From the NCBI RefSeq assembly GCF_053078305.1, contig NZ_CP166879.1: 64,000 nt of DNA; one strand, written 5' to 3'. This document shows, piece after piece, positions 22,566 to 34,093 of the stretch. Every line of letters begins with the position of its first letter. Positions within the stretch are counted from its first letter, which is position 1. The notes under the pieces are model-generated. The model was not told where the DNA came from, did not search any database, and was given only the letters and a program-made list of their open reading frames with translations. Position numbers and translations under genes: made by a program.

Positions 22566-25500
22566 ATGGCTTCGACAAATGCGCATCAAATAAAAAATAA
22601 TGATCAAAACTCTTTATGTGGTCTGGGTGACAAAATACGCCGCCTGACCGCCGGAGTTTGTTTATTTACACAATTTTTTTTCCCCGTCATGGCGACGGCA
22701 CAAAATGTGGTACACGCTAAACCTCAGACGACAGTTTCATCTGCCCCCCCTCTACTAGAAAATAATACGGTGCCTTACACGCTTGGTGCGCTGGAATCAG
22801 CGCAAAGCGTTGCTGATCGATTCGGTATTTCACTGGAGGAGCTTCGTCGTCTTAATCAGTTCCGTACTTTTGCTCGCGGCTTTGATAACGTGCGCCAGGG
22901 TGAAGAACTGGATGTTCCGGCAACAACCTCGCAGAAAAGCCATGAGCAACAAAATGCCGTACCGCCTGCGAATGGCGAAAACACGCTGGAGAATCAAATA
23001 GCCAGCACCTCGCAGCGAGTTGGCACTCTGCTTTCACAAGATATGAATAGTGAGCAGGCCAGCGGCATGGCGCGTGGTTGGGCGTCTTCAGAAGCCTCTG
23101 GCGCGATGACTGATTGGTTAAATAACTTTGGCACTGCGAAAATCTCTCTGGGTGTGGATGAAGATTTTAGCCTGAAAAATTCGCAATTCGACTTCCTGCA
23201 TCCGTGGTATGACACACCTGATTATCTGCTCTTCAGCCAGCATACCCTTCACCGAACAGACGATCGTACCCAGATCAACACCGGTTTGGGCTGGCGTCAT
23301 TTCACCTCCAGCTGGATGTCAGGCATCAACCTGTTTTTTGACCACGACCTGAGCCGCTATCACTCCCGCGCAGGGCTTGGCGCAGAATACTGGCGTGATT
23401 ATCTGAAGTTGAGCAGCAACGCTTATATCGGCCTGACCGGCTGGCGTAGCGCACCAGAATTGGATAACGACTTCGAAGCCCGCCCGGCCAACGGCTGGGA
23501 TTTACGCGCGGAAGGCTGGTTACCTGCCTGGCCACAACTGGGGGGAAAACTGGTCTATGAACAATACTATGGCGATGAAGTGGCGCTGTTTGACAAGAAT
23601 GATCGTCAAAGTAACCCCCATGCTATTACCGCAGGCCTCAACTATACCCCCTTCCCGCTTCTGACTCTCAGTGCGGAACAGCGTCAGGGGAAGCAAGGTG
23701 AAAATGACACACGTTTTGCCGTTGATCTGACCTGGCAACCCAGCAGTTCAATGCAGAAACAGCTTAATCCGGACGAAGTGGCCGGACGGCGCAGTCTGGC
23801 CGGTAGTCGTTATGACCTGATTGATCGCAACAACAACATCGTTCTGGAATACCGCAAGAAAGAGCTGATTCGCCTGAGTCTGCTGGATCCGGTGAAAGGG
23901 AAGTCTGGAGAAATAAAACCGCTGGTTTCCTCGCTACAGACCAAATATGCCCTGAAAGGCTATAACATCGAAGCCGCTGCGCTGGAAGCTGCCGGAGGTA
24001 AAGTCAGCACGTCTGGAAAAGATATCACGGTCACGCTGCCAGGTTACCGCTTCACTAACACCCCAGAAACCGATAATACATGGTCGATAGACGTTACCGC
24101 CGAGGATGTAAAAGGTAACCTGTCACGGCATGAACAAAGCATGGTAGTTATTCAGGCTCCGACATTAAGCCAGAAAGATTCTCTGTTATCCGTCAATCCG
24201 CTAACCGTGGCTGCAGATAAAAAATCGACGACCACATTGACCGTTACTGCGCACGATTCCGACGGAACTCCGGTGCCGGGGCTGGCGCTGCAAACCCGCA
24301 GTGAAGGCGTTCAGGATATCACCCTGTCTGACTGGACAGATAACGGTGATGGTAGTTACACACAGATACTGACCGCCGGAACGACATCAGGTTCAGTAAC
24401 ACTGACGCCGCAAATTAACGGTGAGAGTGCGGTAAAAGAATCCATCGTCGTTAATATCGTCCCTGTTGTCTCATCCCGCGACCATTCATCAATAACAATT
24501 GATAACGTATCGTATTATGCCGGAGACGACATCAAGGTTAGGGTGGAACTGAAAGACGACAGCAATCAACCGGTTGCATATCAAAAAGAGGAATTGGTAA
24601 AAGCCGTTACTGTCGAAAACAGCAAACCTGGCACCACGATTGTCTGGCACGAAGAGCAGCCGGGGGTTTATGCCGCGAATTATCCGGCCCATAAGCAAGG
24701 GACTGCACTAAGGGCACAACTTAGCCTTCACAACTGGAATGCTCCACTGCAATCGCATATTTATAACATTGAGGCAAACCAGAATAAGGCTCGCGTTGCC
24801 ACATTATCAGCGACAAATAATGACGTTTACGCCGATAAAAAGACATTTAATACCCTCACGATCAACGTCACTGATGAGAGTGATAATCCCCTGACAAATC
24901 ATCAGGTCACCTTTAAGAATGAAAAAGGAAGCGCGGAGTTTGTCGAACCGCCGCAGCAAAATACGGATGCATATGGTGTTGCCACAATAAACATGGTAAG
25001 TCAGGTTGCGGAAGAAAATACGATTAGCGCCACGCTGCCAAATGGTTTCTCACAACGGATAATTGCGAAATTCGTTAGCGATTCGAGTACGCCAAAATTC
25101 AAACAACTGGTTGCCGATCCAGATACCATTATTGCTGGCAACAGCCAGGGCAGTACTCTGACCGCCATCGTCACAGACTTTCATAACAACCCGTTAAAAG
25201 ATATGAAAGTGAATTTTGTGGCACCTGGTGGCTCGCAACTGGACAACACGACCGCCACAACAGACCAGTCCGGTATTGTGCGGGTGCACCTGACCAGTTC
25301 AAAAGCTGGTAGCTATTCCGTCGATGCCTCGCTTGAGGTGGATAAAAATATTCACCAGTCGGTCACGATCACCGTGGTCCCAAACAGGGAACAATCGGTA
25401 ATGACCTTGAATGCCGGGTCGGGCAGTGCGATCGCTAACAATACAAATATCGTTACCCTGACTGCCAGTGTGAAAGATGTTTATGGACACCCGTTGCCGG

Positions 25501-27806
25501 ATGAGGATGTGAAATTTACCTTGCCAGCCTCCATGACCGGGAACTTCACGCTAAGTAGTGAAACCGCCCGCACCGATGCAAACGGTGATGCCGTGGTCAC
25601 ATTGCGAGGCACAAAAGCGGGTGAGTTTACAGTTACGGCGACGCTGACCAGAAATAATACCGTTGTTTATCAGCAAGTCACTTTTATTGGGGATACAAAC
25701 AGTGCGCAGCTCCAGCCGCTGACTGCCTCATTAAATTCCATTGTTGCGGGTAACAGTACGGGGAGTACCCTGACGGCAACGATCCTGGACGCTTACCAAA
25801 ATCCGCTTAAAGACCAGTTGGTCACTTTCCAGAGTAACGATGTCACTCTAAGCGGAACAGAAGTCACCACCAATACGCTGGGTCAGGCGACGGTAACAAT
25901 GACCAGCAATATTGCCGGGCAACATAACGTCGTGGTGAGCCGGAAAGCGCAAGCCTCCGATAATAAAACGTTTAGTTTATCAGTGCTCCCGGATGAAAGT
26001 TCGGCGAAGGTAATAAGTATAACCGGAGCCGAAAAAACGATAACGGTTGGCGAAAACATCACGCTACGGATACTCGTCCAGGACGCGTTTAACAATGTAA
26101 TCGCGGGTCAACGCGTCAGATTAAGTGCGCAGCCAACAACTAACATTACGATAGGCGATACGGCTTACACCGATAATAACGGTTATGCGTACGTTAACCT
26201 TCTCAGCACCCAACCTGGGGTTTATCAGGTGACGGCAACGCTGGACAATAACAGTAGTAGTAAGGTTGACGTGAATGTGGCAAATGGCAAACTCGAGTTA
26301 ACATCATCGAAACCAGAAACCACGGTCCATAATAGTGAGGGTATTACGCTGACCGCAACGGCGAGAAATGCGCGGGGTGAATTGATGCCAGGGCAAATTA
26401 TCACCTTTAGCGTAACGCCTGAAGGTGCAACGCTAAGCAATACAGGGGAAGTCCTTACTGACCAGTCAGGTCAGGCCAAAGTGACGCTGACCAGTGACAA
26501 AGTGAATGTCTATACCGTTACGGCCATAATGAGCAAAGATGTTCCCGTTCAGAGCCAGGTAACGGTTGCGGTTAAGGCAGATGCTAAAACGGCACATGTT
26601 GTGAGCGTCGTGGCTTCTCCTGACACCATCACCGCCGACGGCATCGATAGCAGCACCATCACTTCACGAGTAGAAGATGATTACGGATTCCCGGTTGAAG
26701 GTGTCGATGTTAGTTATACCTTAGACACCAAAGGTCGCCCGGTAGTTAATATTCCAACTACGCGTACCGATCAATCCGGGCAAGTCACGGCGACAATAAC
26801 CAGTACATTGGCAGAAACCTTAACAGTCAATGTGCAAGTTCCTGGTACAGCCAACCAATCCGCAGCTATTACCTTGATTGCCGGCACGGCGGATGAAAGT
26901 AAGTCAATTTTGAAATCCGACGTTAGCACTCTGATGGCTGACTACCAGCATAGCGCGAAACTTACGCTAACATTGCAAGACAAGTACGGTAACCCGATAG
27001 TGACGTCTGATCATCTGGAATTTGTCCAGTCAGGTCCCTTCGTGAACTTTCTCAAGTTGAGCGATATTGATTACAGCCAAAGAAATTATGGCGAGTACAC
27101 CGTGACTGTCACTGGCGGAAAAGAGGGAACAGCGACTCTCATTCCCATGCTGAACGGGGTTCATCAGGCAAACTTAAGCGTATCGCTGAATCTCATCCGC
27201 TCGATAAAAGAAATGTCCGGTCATGTCACTGCAAACAACCATACCTTCTCCACGGCTAAATTCCCGAGCGAAGGTTTTGCAGGAGCGTATTACACACTCA
27301 ACAATGATAACTTTGAAGCGGGTAAAACCGTTGATGATTATATGTTTTCAAGTTCACAGAGTTGGGTGTCGGTCGATGCTTCAGGTAAGGTTTCTTTCGC
27401 AAATATCGGCGATCAAACGTCAGTCACAATAAGCGCTGTTCCCCGACAAGGAGGTACAACCTACCAGACCTTAATTAAGCTGAAAGGCTGGTGGGTGAAT
27501 AATGGAAATCATACCAATATCTGGCTAGCTGCCAATGCGCTCTGTCATGCTAAAAATGATGGATATAATCTTCCAGGCATCACACATTTGACGTCTGGCG
27601 AAAACAAACGCACGCAGGGATCACTGTATGGTGAATGGGGGAACGTTGGAGCGTTTTCCAGTAATTCGCAATTTACACAAGGAGCTTACTGGACAAGTGA
27701 ATCTGATGATTACAATCGGCACTACTATGTGCAGATGCTAACCGGTATGACTGGAAGCGACGCTGATTCCAGCCCCCAACTGACCGCCTGCCGTAAATCA
27801 CTATAA
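22566..27806 (+). CDS. Inverse-autotransporter (intimin/invasin-family) adhesin with LysM, beta-barrel, many Ig-like repeats and a C-terminal lectin-like domain
   Basis: 1746 aa. N-terminal LysM-like segment (YTLGALESAQSVADRFGISLEELRRLNQF), an intimin/invasin-type barrel region, then about a dozen roughly 100-aa Big_1-like repeats, and a Cys-containing C-terminal domain. Confidence 0.7.
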   Translation: MASTNAHQIKNNDQNSLCGLGDKIRRLTAGVCLFTQFFFPVMATAQNVVHAKPQTTVSSAPPLLENNTVPYTLGALESAQSVADRFGISLEELRRLNQFRTFARGFDNVRQGEELDVPATTSQKSHEQQNAVPPANGENTLENQIASTSQRVGTLLSQDMNSEQASGMARGWASSEASGAMTDWLNNFGTAKISLGVDEDFSLKNSQFDFLHPWYDTPDYLLFSQHTLHRTDDRTQINTGLGWRHFTSSWMSGINLFFDHDLSRYHSRAGLGAEYWRDYLKLSSNAYIGLTGWRSAPELDNDFEARPANGWDLRAEGWLPAWPQLGGKLVYEQYYGDEVALFDKNDRQSNPHAITAGLNYTPFPLLTLSAEQRQGKQGENDTRFAVDLTWQPSSSMQKQLNPDEVAGRRSLAGSRYDLIDRNNNIVLEYRKKELIRLSLLDPVKGKSGEIKPLVSSLQTKYALKGYNIEAAALEAAGGKVSTSGKDITVTLPGYRFTNTPETDNTWSIDVTAEDVKGNLSRHEQSMVVIQAPTLSQKDSLLSVNPLTVAADKKSTTTLTVTAHDSDGTPVPGLALQTRSEGVQDITLSDWTDNGDGSYTQILTAGTTSGSVTLTPQINGESAVKESIVVNIVPVVSSRDHSSITIDNVSYYAGDDIKVRVELKDDSNQPVAYQKEELVKAVTVENSKPGTTIVWHEEQPGVYAANYPAHKQGTALRAQLSLHNWNAPLQSHIYNIEANQNKARVATLSATNNDVYADKKTFNTLTINVTDESDNPLTNHQVTFKNEKGSAEFVEPPQQNTDAYGVATINMVSQVAEENTISATLPNGFSQRIIAKFVSDSSTPKFKQLVADPDTIIAGNSQGSTLTAIVTDFHNNPLKDMKVNFVAPGGSQLDNTTATTDQSGIVRVHLTSSKAGSYSVDASLEVDKNIHQSVTITVVPNREQSVMTLNAGSGSAIANNTNIVTLTASVKDVYGHPLPDEDVKFTLPASMTGNFTLSSETARTDANGDAVVTLRGTKAGEFTVTATLTRNNTVVYQQVTFIGDTNSAQLQPLTASLNSIVAGNSTGSTLTATILDAYQNPLKDQLVTFQSNDVTLSGTEVTTNTLGQATVTMTSNIAGQHNVVVSRKAQASDNKTFSLSVLPDESSAKVISITGAEKTITVGENITLRILVQDAFNNVIAGQRVRLSAQPTTNITIGDTAYTDNNGYAYVNLLSTQPGVYQVTATLDNNSSSKVDVNVANGKLELTSSKPETTVHNSEGITLTATARNARGELMPGQIITFSVTPEGATLSNTGEVLTDQSGQAKVTLTSDKVNVYTVTAIMSKDVPVQSQVTVAVKADAKTAHVVSVVASPDTITADGIDSSTITSRVEDDYGFPVEGVDVSYTLDTKGRPVVNIPTTRTDQSGQVTATITSTLAETLTVNVQVPGTANQSAAITLIAGTADESKSILKSDVSTLMADYQHSAKLTLTLQDKYGNPIVTSDHLEFVQSGPFVNFLKLSDIDYSQRNYGEYTVTVTGGKEGTATLIPMLNGVHQANLSVSLNLIRSIKEMSGHVTANNHTFSTAKFPSEGFAGAYYTLNNDNFEAGKTVDDYMFSSSQSWVSVDASGKVSFANIGDQTSVTISAVPRQGGTTYQTLIKLKGWWVNNGNHTNIWLAANALCHAKNDGYNLPGITHLTSGENKRTQGSLYGEWGNVGAFSSNSQFTQGAYWTSESDDYNRHYYVQMLTGMTGSDADSSPQLTACRKSL

Positions 27807-27929
27807 TTTCTGCAGTTGTTATTAAAGGATACCCTTTTACGAGGGTATCCTTTCAGACTGATAACAAACGCTACATTGCCGGATGTGCTGCGCTTATCAG
27901 GCCTATATAGCCCCTGCAATATATTGAAT

Positions 27930-28514
27930 TTATTGTTTTTGTACCCCAGTCGGCATAAACGACCACTCAAGAAACTCAACAGCAACCGTTGATGTCAGCC
28001 AGACCCCGTTTTCCGCTTGCCAGAAAGGGATGCCTCGTTTCGCCATCTCCTGTGCTTTGACGGTTAAGATAACCGGCGATCCGTGTCTTGCTCCCACTTT
28101 GCGTGCCGTTGCTTCATCAGCAGAGAGATGCACGTAATGACGATCCCCTGCAATCAGCCCCTGTTTTTTTATCTCGTCAAGGAAACGGCTTGCCGTACCG
28201 TGGTAGAGAAACTGTGGCGGTGTTTTTTCGGCAAAGGAAATAGCGACCTGCGAAGTCGAATGCCCCTGAACCGCGCGGATGCACCTACCATCACTGGAAT
28301 AATTAAAACGCTTTTTATCGCTGGTTGCGACCACGGTATCCAGCAATGCACGGGTTAACCGCTTGCCCGCTTTTTGGGCACAGAGTATAAGCTTATCGAT
28401 ATCCGCCCATCCTTCACGGTCCAGTACGATACCAATCGCCTCCGGTTTGTGTCGGAGGACAAAACTTAAAAACTTGCTCGTATCCGCCAGCTCTTTTTCG
28501 TTGTACTTTGCCAT
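27930..28514 (-). CDS. kptA: RNA 2'-phosphotransferase KptA (Tpt1 family)
   Basis: Start at the internal Met [25 protein letters not shown]…; conserved HGT/Tpt1 motifs. Confidence 0.75.
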   Translation of the reverse strand: MAKYNEKELADTSKFLSFVLRHKPEAIGIVLDREGWADIDKLILCAQKAGKRLTRALLDTVVATSDKKRFNYSSDGRCIRAVQGHSTSQVAISFAEKTPPQFLYHGTASRFLDEIKKQGLIAGDRHYVHLSADEATARKVGARHGSPVILTVKAQEMAKRGIPFWQAENGVWLTSTVAVEFLEWSFMPTGVQKQ

Positions 28515-28751
28515 CGCGTTTTCGTCCCTGGATTTTCTGTTTTTATTTACTGATGTCATTGTCACTGGGTTTATGAATTTTCTGCAACTCAATCCTGCGC
28601 AGAGCCTTTTCCACACAGCGTAATTTTACCGCTATGCAAAAAACGCATAGCCAGAAACATACTTGCATTTTCCCCATACCCACATGGCTGATAAGGTTTT
28701 TCCGCTCCAGGAATTTTCCTGGCTCAAGCAACACACAAACACAAAAAAACA

Positions 28752-29447
28752 ATGGGGATTGTTATGACACAACAAGGGGATGCTGTAGCCGGGGAGCTGG
28801 CGACAGAAAAAGTGGGCATTAAAGGGTATCTGGCTTTTTTTCTCACCATAATCTTTTTTTCCGGTGTTTTTTCCGGAACAGACAGCTGGTGGCGCGTTTT
28901 TGATTTTTCCGTGCTGAACGGATCGTTTGGGCAACTGCCTGGTGCGAATGGAGCCACCACCTCATTTCGCGGGGCGGGTGGCGCGGGGGCTAAAGATGGC
29001 TTTCTCTTTGCGCTGGAGCTGGCACCGTCAGTCATTCTCTCTCTGGGGATTATTTCAATTACCGATGGTCTTGGTGGATTACGCGCCGCGCAGCAGTTAA
29101 TGACACCTGTGCTAAAACCGTTGTTGGGCATTCCAGGGATCTGCTCGCTGGCGCTGATCGCTAACTTGCAAAACACTGATGCCGCCGCCGGTATGACCAA
29201 AGAGCTGGCGCAGGAAGGTGAAATTACCGAACGCGATAAAGTGATTTTCGCCGCATATCAAACCAGCGGTAGCGCCATCATCACCAACTACTTCTCTTCC
29301 GGCGTCGCGGTGTTCGCCTTTCTGGGCACGTCCGTAATCGTACCTTTAGCCGTCATCCTGGTGTTTAAATTTGTCGGAGCCAACATTTTGCGCGTCTGGC
29401 TTAACTTCGAAGAACGTCGCAACCCAACGCAAGGAGCGCAAGCATGA
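28752..29447 (+). CDS. yjiH: Inner-membrane protein YjiH
   Basis: Hydrophobic 231-aa ORF; start may be the downstream ATG at 28764. Coupled to yjiG. Confidence 0.65.
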   Translation: MGIVMTQQGDAVAGELATEKVGIKGYLAFFLTIIFFSGVFSGTDSWWRVFDFSVLNGSFGQLPGANGATTSFRGAGGAGAKDGFLFALELAPSVILSLGIISITDGLGGLRAAQQLMTPVLKPLLGIPGICSLALIANLQNTDAAAGMTKELAQEGEITERDKVIFAAYQTSGSAIITNYFSSGVAVFAFLGTSVIVPLAVILVFKFVGANILRVWLNFEERRNPTQGAQA

Positions 29448-29905
29448 CAACTCAGGTCCGCAAAAACGTCATGGATATGTTTATCGATGGCGCGCGCCGT
29501 GGCTTTACTATCGCCACGACCAACCTGCTGCCAAACGTGGTGATGGCGTTTGTCATCATTCAGGCGCTGAAAATTACCGGCCTGCTCGACTGGGTGGGGC
29601 ATATCTGTGAACCCGTAATGGCGCTGTGGGGATTACCCGGTGAAGCGGCAACCGTCCTTTTAGCCGCATTAATGAGTATGGGTGGCGCAGTCGGTGTTGC
29701 CGCCAGTCTGGCAACCGCTGGCGCATTAACCGGTCACGATGTCACCGTTTTACTGCCCGCGATGTATTTAATGGGCAACCCAGTGCAAAATGTCGGTCGC
29801 TGCCTGGGGACAGCCGAAGTGAATGCCAAATATTACCCGCATATCATTACGGTCTGCGTGATTAACGCATTGCTGTCGATCTGGGTTATGCAGCTTATTG
29901 TTTAA
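29444..29905 (+). CDS. yjiG: Inner-membrane protein YjiG (SpmB-like)
   Basis: 153-aa hydrophobic ORF overlapping the yjiH stop. Confidence 0.65.
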   Translation: MTTQVRKNVMDMFIDGARRGFTIATTNLLPNVVMAFVIIQALKITGLLDWVGHICEPVMALWGLPGEAATVLLAALMSMGGAVGVAASLATAGALTGHDVTVLLPAMYLMGNPVQNVGRCLGTAEVNAKYYPHIITVCVINALLSIWVMQLIV

Positions 29906-29917
29906 CAAGGAGTTACC

Positions 29918-31090
29918 ATGATTGATTATACCGCAGCCGGTTTTACCCTGCTGCAGGGAGCGCATTTGTATGCGCCGGAAGATCGGGGAATTTGCGATGT
30001 CCTCGTCGCTAACGGCAAAATTATCGCCGTTGCCAGCAATATCCCTTCTGACATTGTACCGGACTGCACGGTTGTCGATCTCAGCGGGCAGATCCTCTGC
30101 CCAGGTTTTATTGATCAACACGTCCATTTGATTGGCGGTGGCGGCGAAGCAGGTCCCACGACGCGCACGCCGGAAGTGGCGCTAAGTCGCCTGACGGAAG
30201 CGGGCGTCACGTCAGTGGTTGGTCTGCTGGGCACCGACTCTATCTCTCGCCACCCGGAATCCCTGCTCGCCAAGACCCGTGCGCTCAATGAAGAAGGCAT
30301 CAGCGCCTGGATGCTGACCGGCGCTTATCATGTCCCTTCCCGCACCATTACGGGTTCCGTGGAAAAAGACGTGGCGATTATCGATCGTGTGATTGGTGTG
30401 AAATGCGCCATCTCTGATCACCGTTCTGCCGCACCGGACGTTTATCACCTGGCTAATATGGCGGCCGAATCCCGCGTTGGCGGTTTGCTCGGCAGTAAAC
30501 CTGGCGTCACCGTGTTCCACATGGGCGACAGTAAAAAGGCGTTACAGCCTATCTATGACCTGCTGGAAAACTGCGATGTGCCGATCAGCAAGCTGCTGCC
30601 GACCCACGTTAACCGCAACGTACCGTTGTTTGAGCAGGCGCTGGAGTTCGCGCGCAAAGGCGGCACCATCGATATCACCAGCAGCATTGACGAACCGGTC
30701 GCCCCTGCCGAAGGTATTGCCCGCGCCGTTCAGGCGGGTATTCCGCTGGCACGCGTCACCCTCAGCTCCGACGGCAACGGTAGCCAGCCGTTCTTCGACG
30801 ACGAAGGGAATTTAACCCATATCGGTGTTGCAGGTTTTGAAACGTTGCTGGAAACCGTGCAGGTGCTGGTTAAAGACTATGATTTCAGTATCAGCGATGC
30901 CCTGCGCCCGCTCACCAGTAGCGTAGCCGGTTTCCTTAACCTGAGCGGGAAAGGCGAAATTCTGCCAGGCAATGACGCAGACTTACTGGTCATGACGCCA
31001 GAATTGCGCATTGAGCAGGTATACGCTCGCGGCAAACTGATGGTCAAAGACGGCAAAGCCTGCGTGAAAGGAACGTTTGAAACGGCATAA
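29918..31090 (+). CDS. iadA: Isoaspartyl dipeptidase
   Basis: 390-aa amidohydrolase with the HVHLIGGGGE metal-binding motif; matches IadA. Confidence 0.8.
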   Translation: MIDYTAAGFTLLQGAHLYAPEDRGICDVLVANGKIIAVASNIPSDIVPDCTVVDLSGQILCPGFIDQHVHLIGGGGEAGPTTRTPEVALSRLTEAGVTSVVGLLGTDSISRHPESLLAKTRALNEEGISAWMLTGAYHVPSRTITGSVEKDVAIIDRVIGVKCAISDHRSAAPDVYHLANMAAESRVGGLLGSKPGVTVFHMGDSKKALQPIYDLLENCDVPISKLLPTHVNRNVPLFEQALEFARKGGTIDITSSIDEPVAPAEGIARAVQAGIPLARVTLSSDGNGSQPFFDDEGNLTHIGVAGFETLLETVQVLVKDYDFSISDALRPLTSSVAGFLNLSGKGEILPGNDADLLVMTPELRIEQVYARGKLMVKDGKACVKGTFETA

Positions 31091-31154
31091 ACGGTTGTCA
31101 GCCGCCCTAATGGACGTAGAATGCCCGCAAGGGCGGCTGACAGAGTAAAACGTA

Positions 31155-32066
31155 ATGGATGACTGTGGTGCGGTTTTGCATAATATTGAAACTAAATGGC
31201 TTTATGATTTTCTGACCCTGGAAAAATGCCGCAATTTTTCCCAGGCGGCAGTTAGTCGCAACGTCTCGCAACCGGCATTCAGCCGCCGCATCCGTGCACT
31301 GGAACAGGCGATTGGCGTTGAATTGTTTAACCGCCAGGTGACGCCGCTGCAACTCTCAGAACAAGGGAAAATCTTCCATTCGCAGATCCGCCATCTGTTG
31401 CAACAGTTAGAAAGTAACCTTGCAGAGCTGCGTGGCGGCAGCGATTACGCGCAACGTAAAATCAAGATAGCCGCTGCACACTCTCTTTCCCTCGGTCTGT
31501 TACCGTCCATTATCAGCCAGATGCCGCCGCTTTTTACCTGGGCAATTGAAGCCATTGATGTCGATGAAGCGGTCGATAAACTGCGTGAAGGGCAAAGTGA
31601 CTGTATTTTTTCCTTTCACGACGAAGATTTGCTGGAAGCGCCGTTTGACCACATTCGCTTATTTGAATCTCAATTATTCCCTGTCTGCGCCAGTGACGAA
31701 CACGGAGAAGCACTTTTTAACCTCGCGCAGCCACACTTTCCGTTACTGAATTACAGCCGCAACTCCTACATGGGACGATTGATTAATCGCACCCTGACGC
31801 GCCACAGTGAGTTAAGTTTCAGCACCTTTTTTGTCTCTTCGATGAGCGAGCTTTTAAAGCAGGTTGCCCTCGACGGCTGTGGGATTGCCTGGCTGCCGGA
31901 GTATGCCATCCAACAAGAAATTCGCAGCGGGCAGCTCGTTGTGCTGAATCGGGACGAACTGGTGATCCCGATTCAGGCCTACGCATACCGGATGAATACC
32001 CGCATGAATCCAGTTGCCGAACGCTTCTGGCGTGAACTGCGCGAGCTGGAGATTGTGCTTAGCTGA
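31155..32066 (+). CDS. hypT: LysR-type transcriptional regulator (HypT/YjiE)
   Basis: 303 aa with an N-terminal LysR helix-turn-helix (…[24 protein letters not shown]…). Confidence 0.7.
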   Translation: MDDCGAVLHNIETKWLYDFLTLEKCRNFSQAAVSRNVSQPAFSRRIRALEQAIGVELFNRQVTPLQLSEQGKIFHSQIRHLLQQLESNLAELRGGSDYAQRKIKIAAAHSLSLGLLPSIISQMPPLFTWAIEAIDVDEAVDKLREGQSDCIFSFHDEDLLEAPFDHIRLFESQLFPVCASDEHGEALFNLAQPHFPLLNYSRNSYMGRLINRTLTRHSELSFSTFFVSSMSELLKQVALDGCGIAWLPEYAIQQEIRSGQLVVLNRDELVIPIQAYAYRMNTRMNPVAERFWRELRELEIVLS

Positions 32067-32451
32067 CATTCTCCAGCGTCGCACTGCGCCAACCGCCATT
32101 ATCCCAGACCAGATCAAACGTTAGCGGTTCATCGTCGTGGTACAGCATTATCTCAAGGCTGATCGCCAGAGTGTGGCAGTACGCTTCTTTCAAATTAACC
32201 TGCAACGCCGCAATCCGTGGCTCATGAAATAACAGTGCAGAACGCAGCTGACGGCAATACCAGCTCTGGAGATGTTTGTCGCTCGAGTTATGCACTTGCC
32301 ACTCGGGCATGCCTGAAACAAGTAATGACGGTAATGCCGAATGAGGAGAATTAAAAAGAGTGAGGAGATCGCTGCATACCGATTTACGCAGCGATGACGT
32401 TTTATTGCCTGAAATTTCAGGTAAAACAGCCTGAAGTGATTGGCGCATCAT
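32059..32451 (-). CDS. iraD: Anti-adaptor protein IraD
   Basis: 130 aa from [21 protein letters not shown]…; matches IraD. Confidence 0.7.
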   Translation of the reverse strand: MMRQSLQAVLPEISGNKTSSLRKSVCSDLLTLFNSPHSALPSLLVSGMPEWQVHNSSDKHLQSWYCRQLRSALLFHEPRIAALQVNLKEAYCHTLAISLEIMLYHDDEPLTFDLVWDNGGWRSATLENVS

Positions 32452-33122
32452 TTTGCGCACTCCTGACGTTTAGCAACATATGCGGCTTGCCCTGAACACC
32501 GGGCACCACTGTATTGATGCTCATTTTCCATAGCCATTCCCTTTTGTTCATTACATCCATGTCAGTCTGAGACAGGCCTGAATCCTGTCAGCAAAGTATA
32601 AAACCTTACTTGCCTATGAATATCTACTGACTTTTCAGGAAAAAAGTCATGATTTGATAAAAATCATCAAACTCAAAAAAAAACCGCTAGTATATTCTGA
32701 ATATTCCGAATAGTTACGTAGATGAAAATACTTGTCACCGCCGCTACTTAATTCCGGTGGGAAATTATTTATTTCCGCATAATCAGCCATGTATTATTTG
32801 AAACAATTAGTTTGTAAATAATATAAATTGATAACATATCAAATACATCAAAAATACCATTCATAGGCATTATTAATATAGACATCAATATAGCAACATC
32901 AAATTCCAATTAGTAATAAGATATGCTTTTTAATTGCATGAAAATAATTTCAAATGAGCGTTTTTTGATACTTTAGAGTGTTTCCTACCCTTTAATATCA
33001 CCGTGTAGAGTTGATATCACTACAACAGAAACATGCATGTCATTTTTTTACTTCTTTTTTACTACAGAAAAATTTATCTATTTTTCTAAACATCAGTGAA
33101 ATACTCATAAAAGGTAACTATT

Positions 33123-33953
33123 ATGTCTATGCCATTAAGCAATACCCTTCAGAGCCAAATTATTACAGATAATCACTTCCTTCATCATCCAAAAGTCGAC
33201 AGTGAGTTAACACGTAAATATGAACGTGCACGCCTGGATACGGAAAATATCTATCTTCTGCCTCTTGCTCGTGGCAATAACCATAATTACGATGGAAAAA
33301 GCGTTGTCGAAATTAGAAAACTTGATATTAGTAAAGAGTCCTGGCCATTTAATTATGTGACAGAAGCATGCAGAGAATCCGATGGTATTACAACAACAGG
33401 ACGTATGCTCTATCGAAACTTGAAAATCACCTCAGCTTTAGACGAAATATATGGTGGCATATGTAAAAAGGCGCATGCTGCTACAGAATTAGCAGAAGGT
33501 TTACGGCTAAATTTATTTATGAAGAGCCCTTTCGATCCTGTTGAGGACTATACAGTTCATGAAATAACATTAGGCCCTGGTTGCAATGTTCCAGGTTACG
33601 CCGGAACCACGATAGGATATATTTCAACCCTTCCAGTTTCTCAGGCAAAAAGATGGACCAATGAGCAGCCAAGAATTGATATCTATATTGATCAGATAAT
33701 AACTGTCTCAGGGGTAGCAAATTCTTCCGGATTCGCCCTTGCCGCATTACTTAATGCTAATATTGAGATGGGAAATGACCCAATCATTGGTATAGAAGCC
33801 TATCCTGGTACCGCGGAGATCCATGCAAAAATGGGATATAAAGTTATCCCCGGTGATGAAGATGCGCCACTCAAACGCATGACTCTGCAACCGTCATCTC
33901 TTCCAGAACTGTTTGAATTAAAAAATGGTGAATGGAATTATATTGGTAAATAG
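33123..33953 (+). CDS. yjiC: Uncharacterised protein YjiC
   Basis: 276-aa ORF preceded by a roughly 650-bp AT-rich intergenic region. Confidence 0.55.
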   Translation: MSMPLSNTLQSQIITDNHFLHHPKVDSELTRKYERARLDTENIYLLPLARGNNHNYDGKSVVEIRKLDISKESWPFNYVTEACRESDGITTTGRMLYRNLKITSALDEIYGGICKKAHAATELAEGLRLNLFMKSPFDPVEDYTVHEITLGPGCNVPGYAGTTIGYISTLPVSQAKRWTNEQPRIDIYIDQIITVSGVANSSGFALAALLNANIEMGNDPIIGIEAYPGTAEIHAKMGYKVIPGDEDAPLKRMTLQPSSLPELFELKNGEWNYIGK

Positions 33954-34093
33954 CCACTGAGAAGAATGAGTACTAATATTCAGGTTATACAGATATTTAA
34001 ACAATACCCTGCAATTTACAAAGTAATACTCATTGCGACTTCTTAATTTAAGAAAGCGCAAGGAACGTTTACCCTTGCGCTTATTATAATCAG

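Noticed and set aside
28724-29200. 158-aa minus-strand ORF
   Set aside because: Antisense overlap with yjiH; judged spurious.
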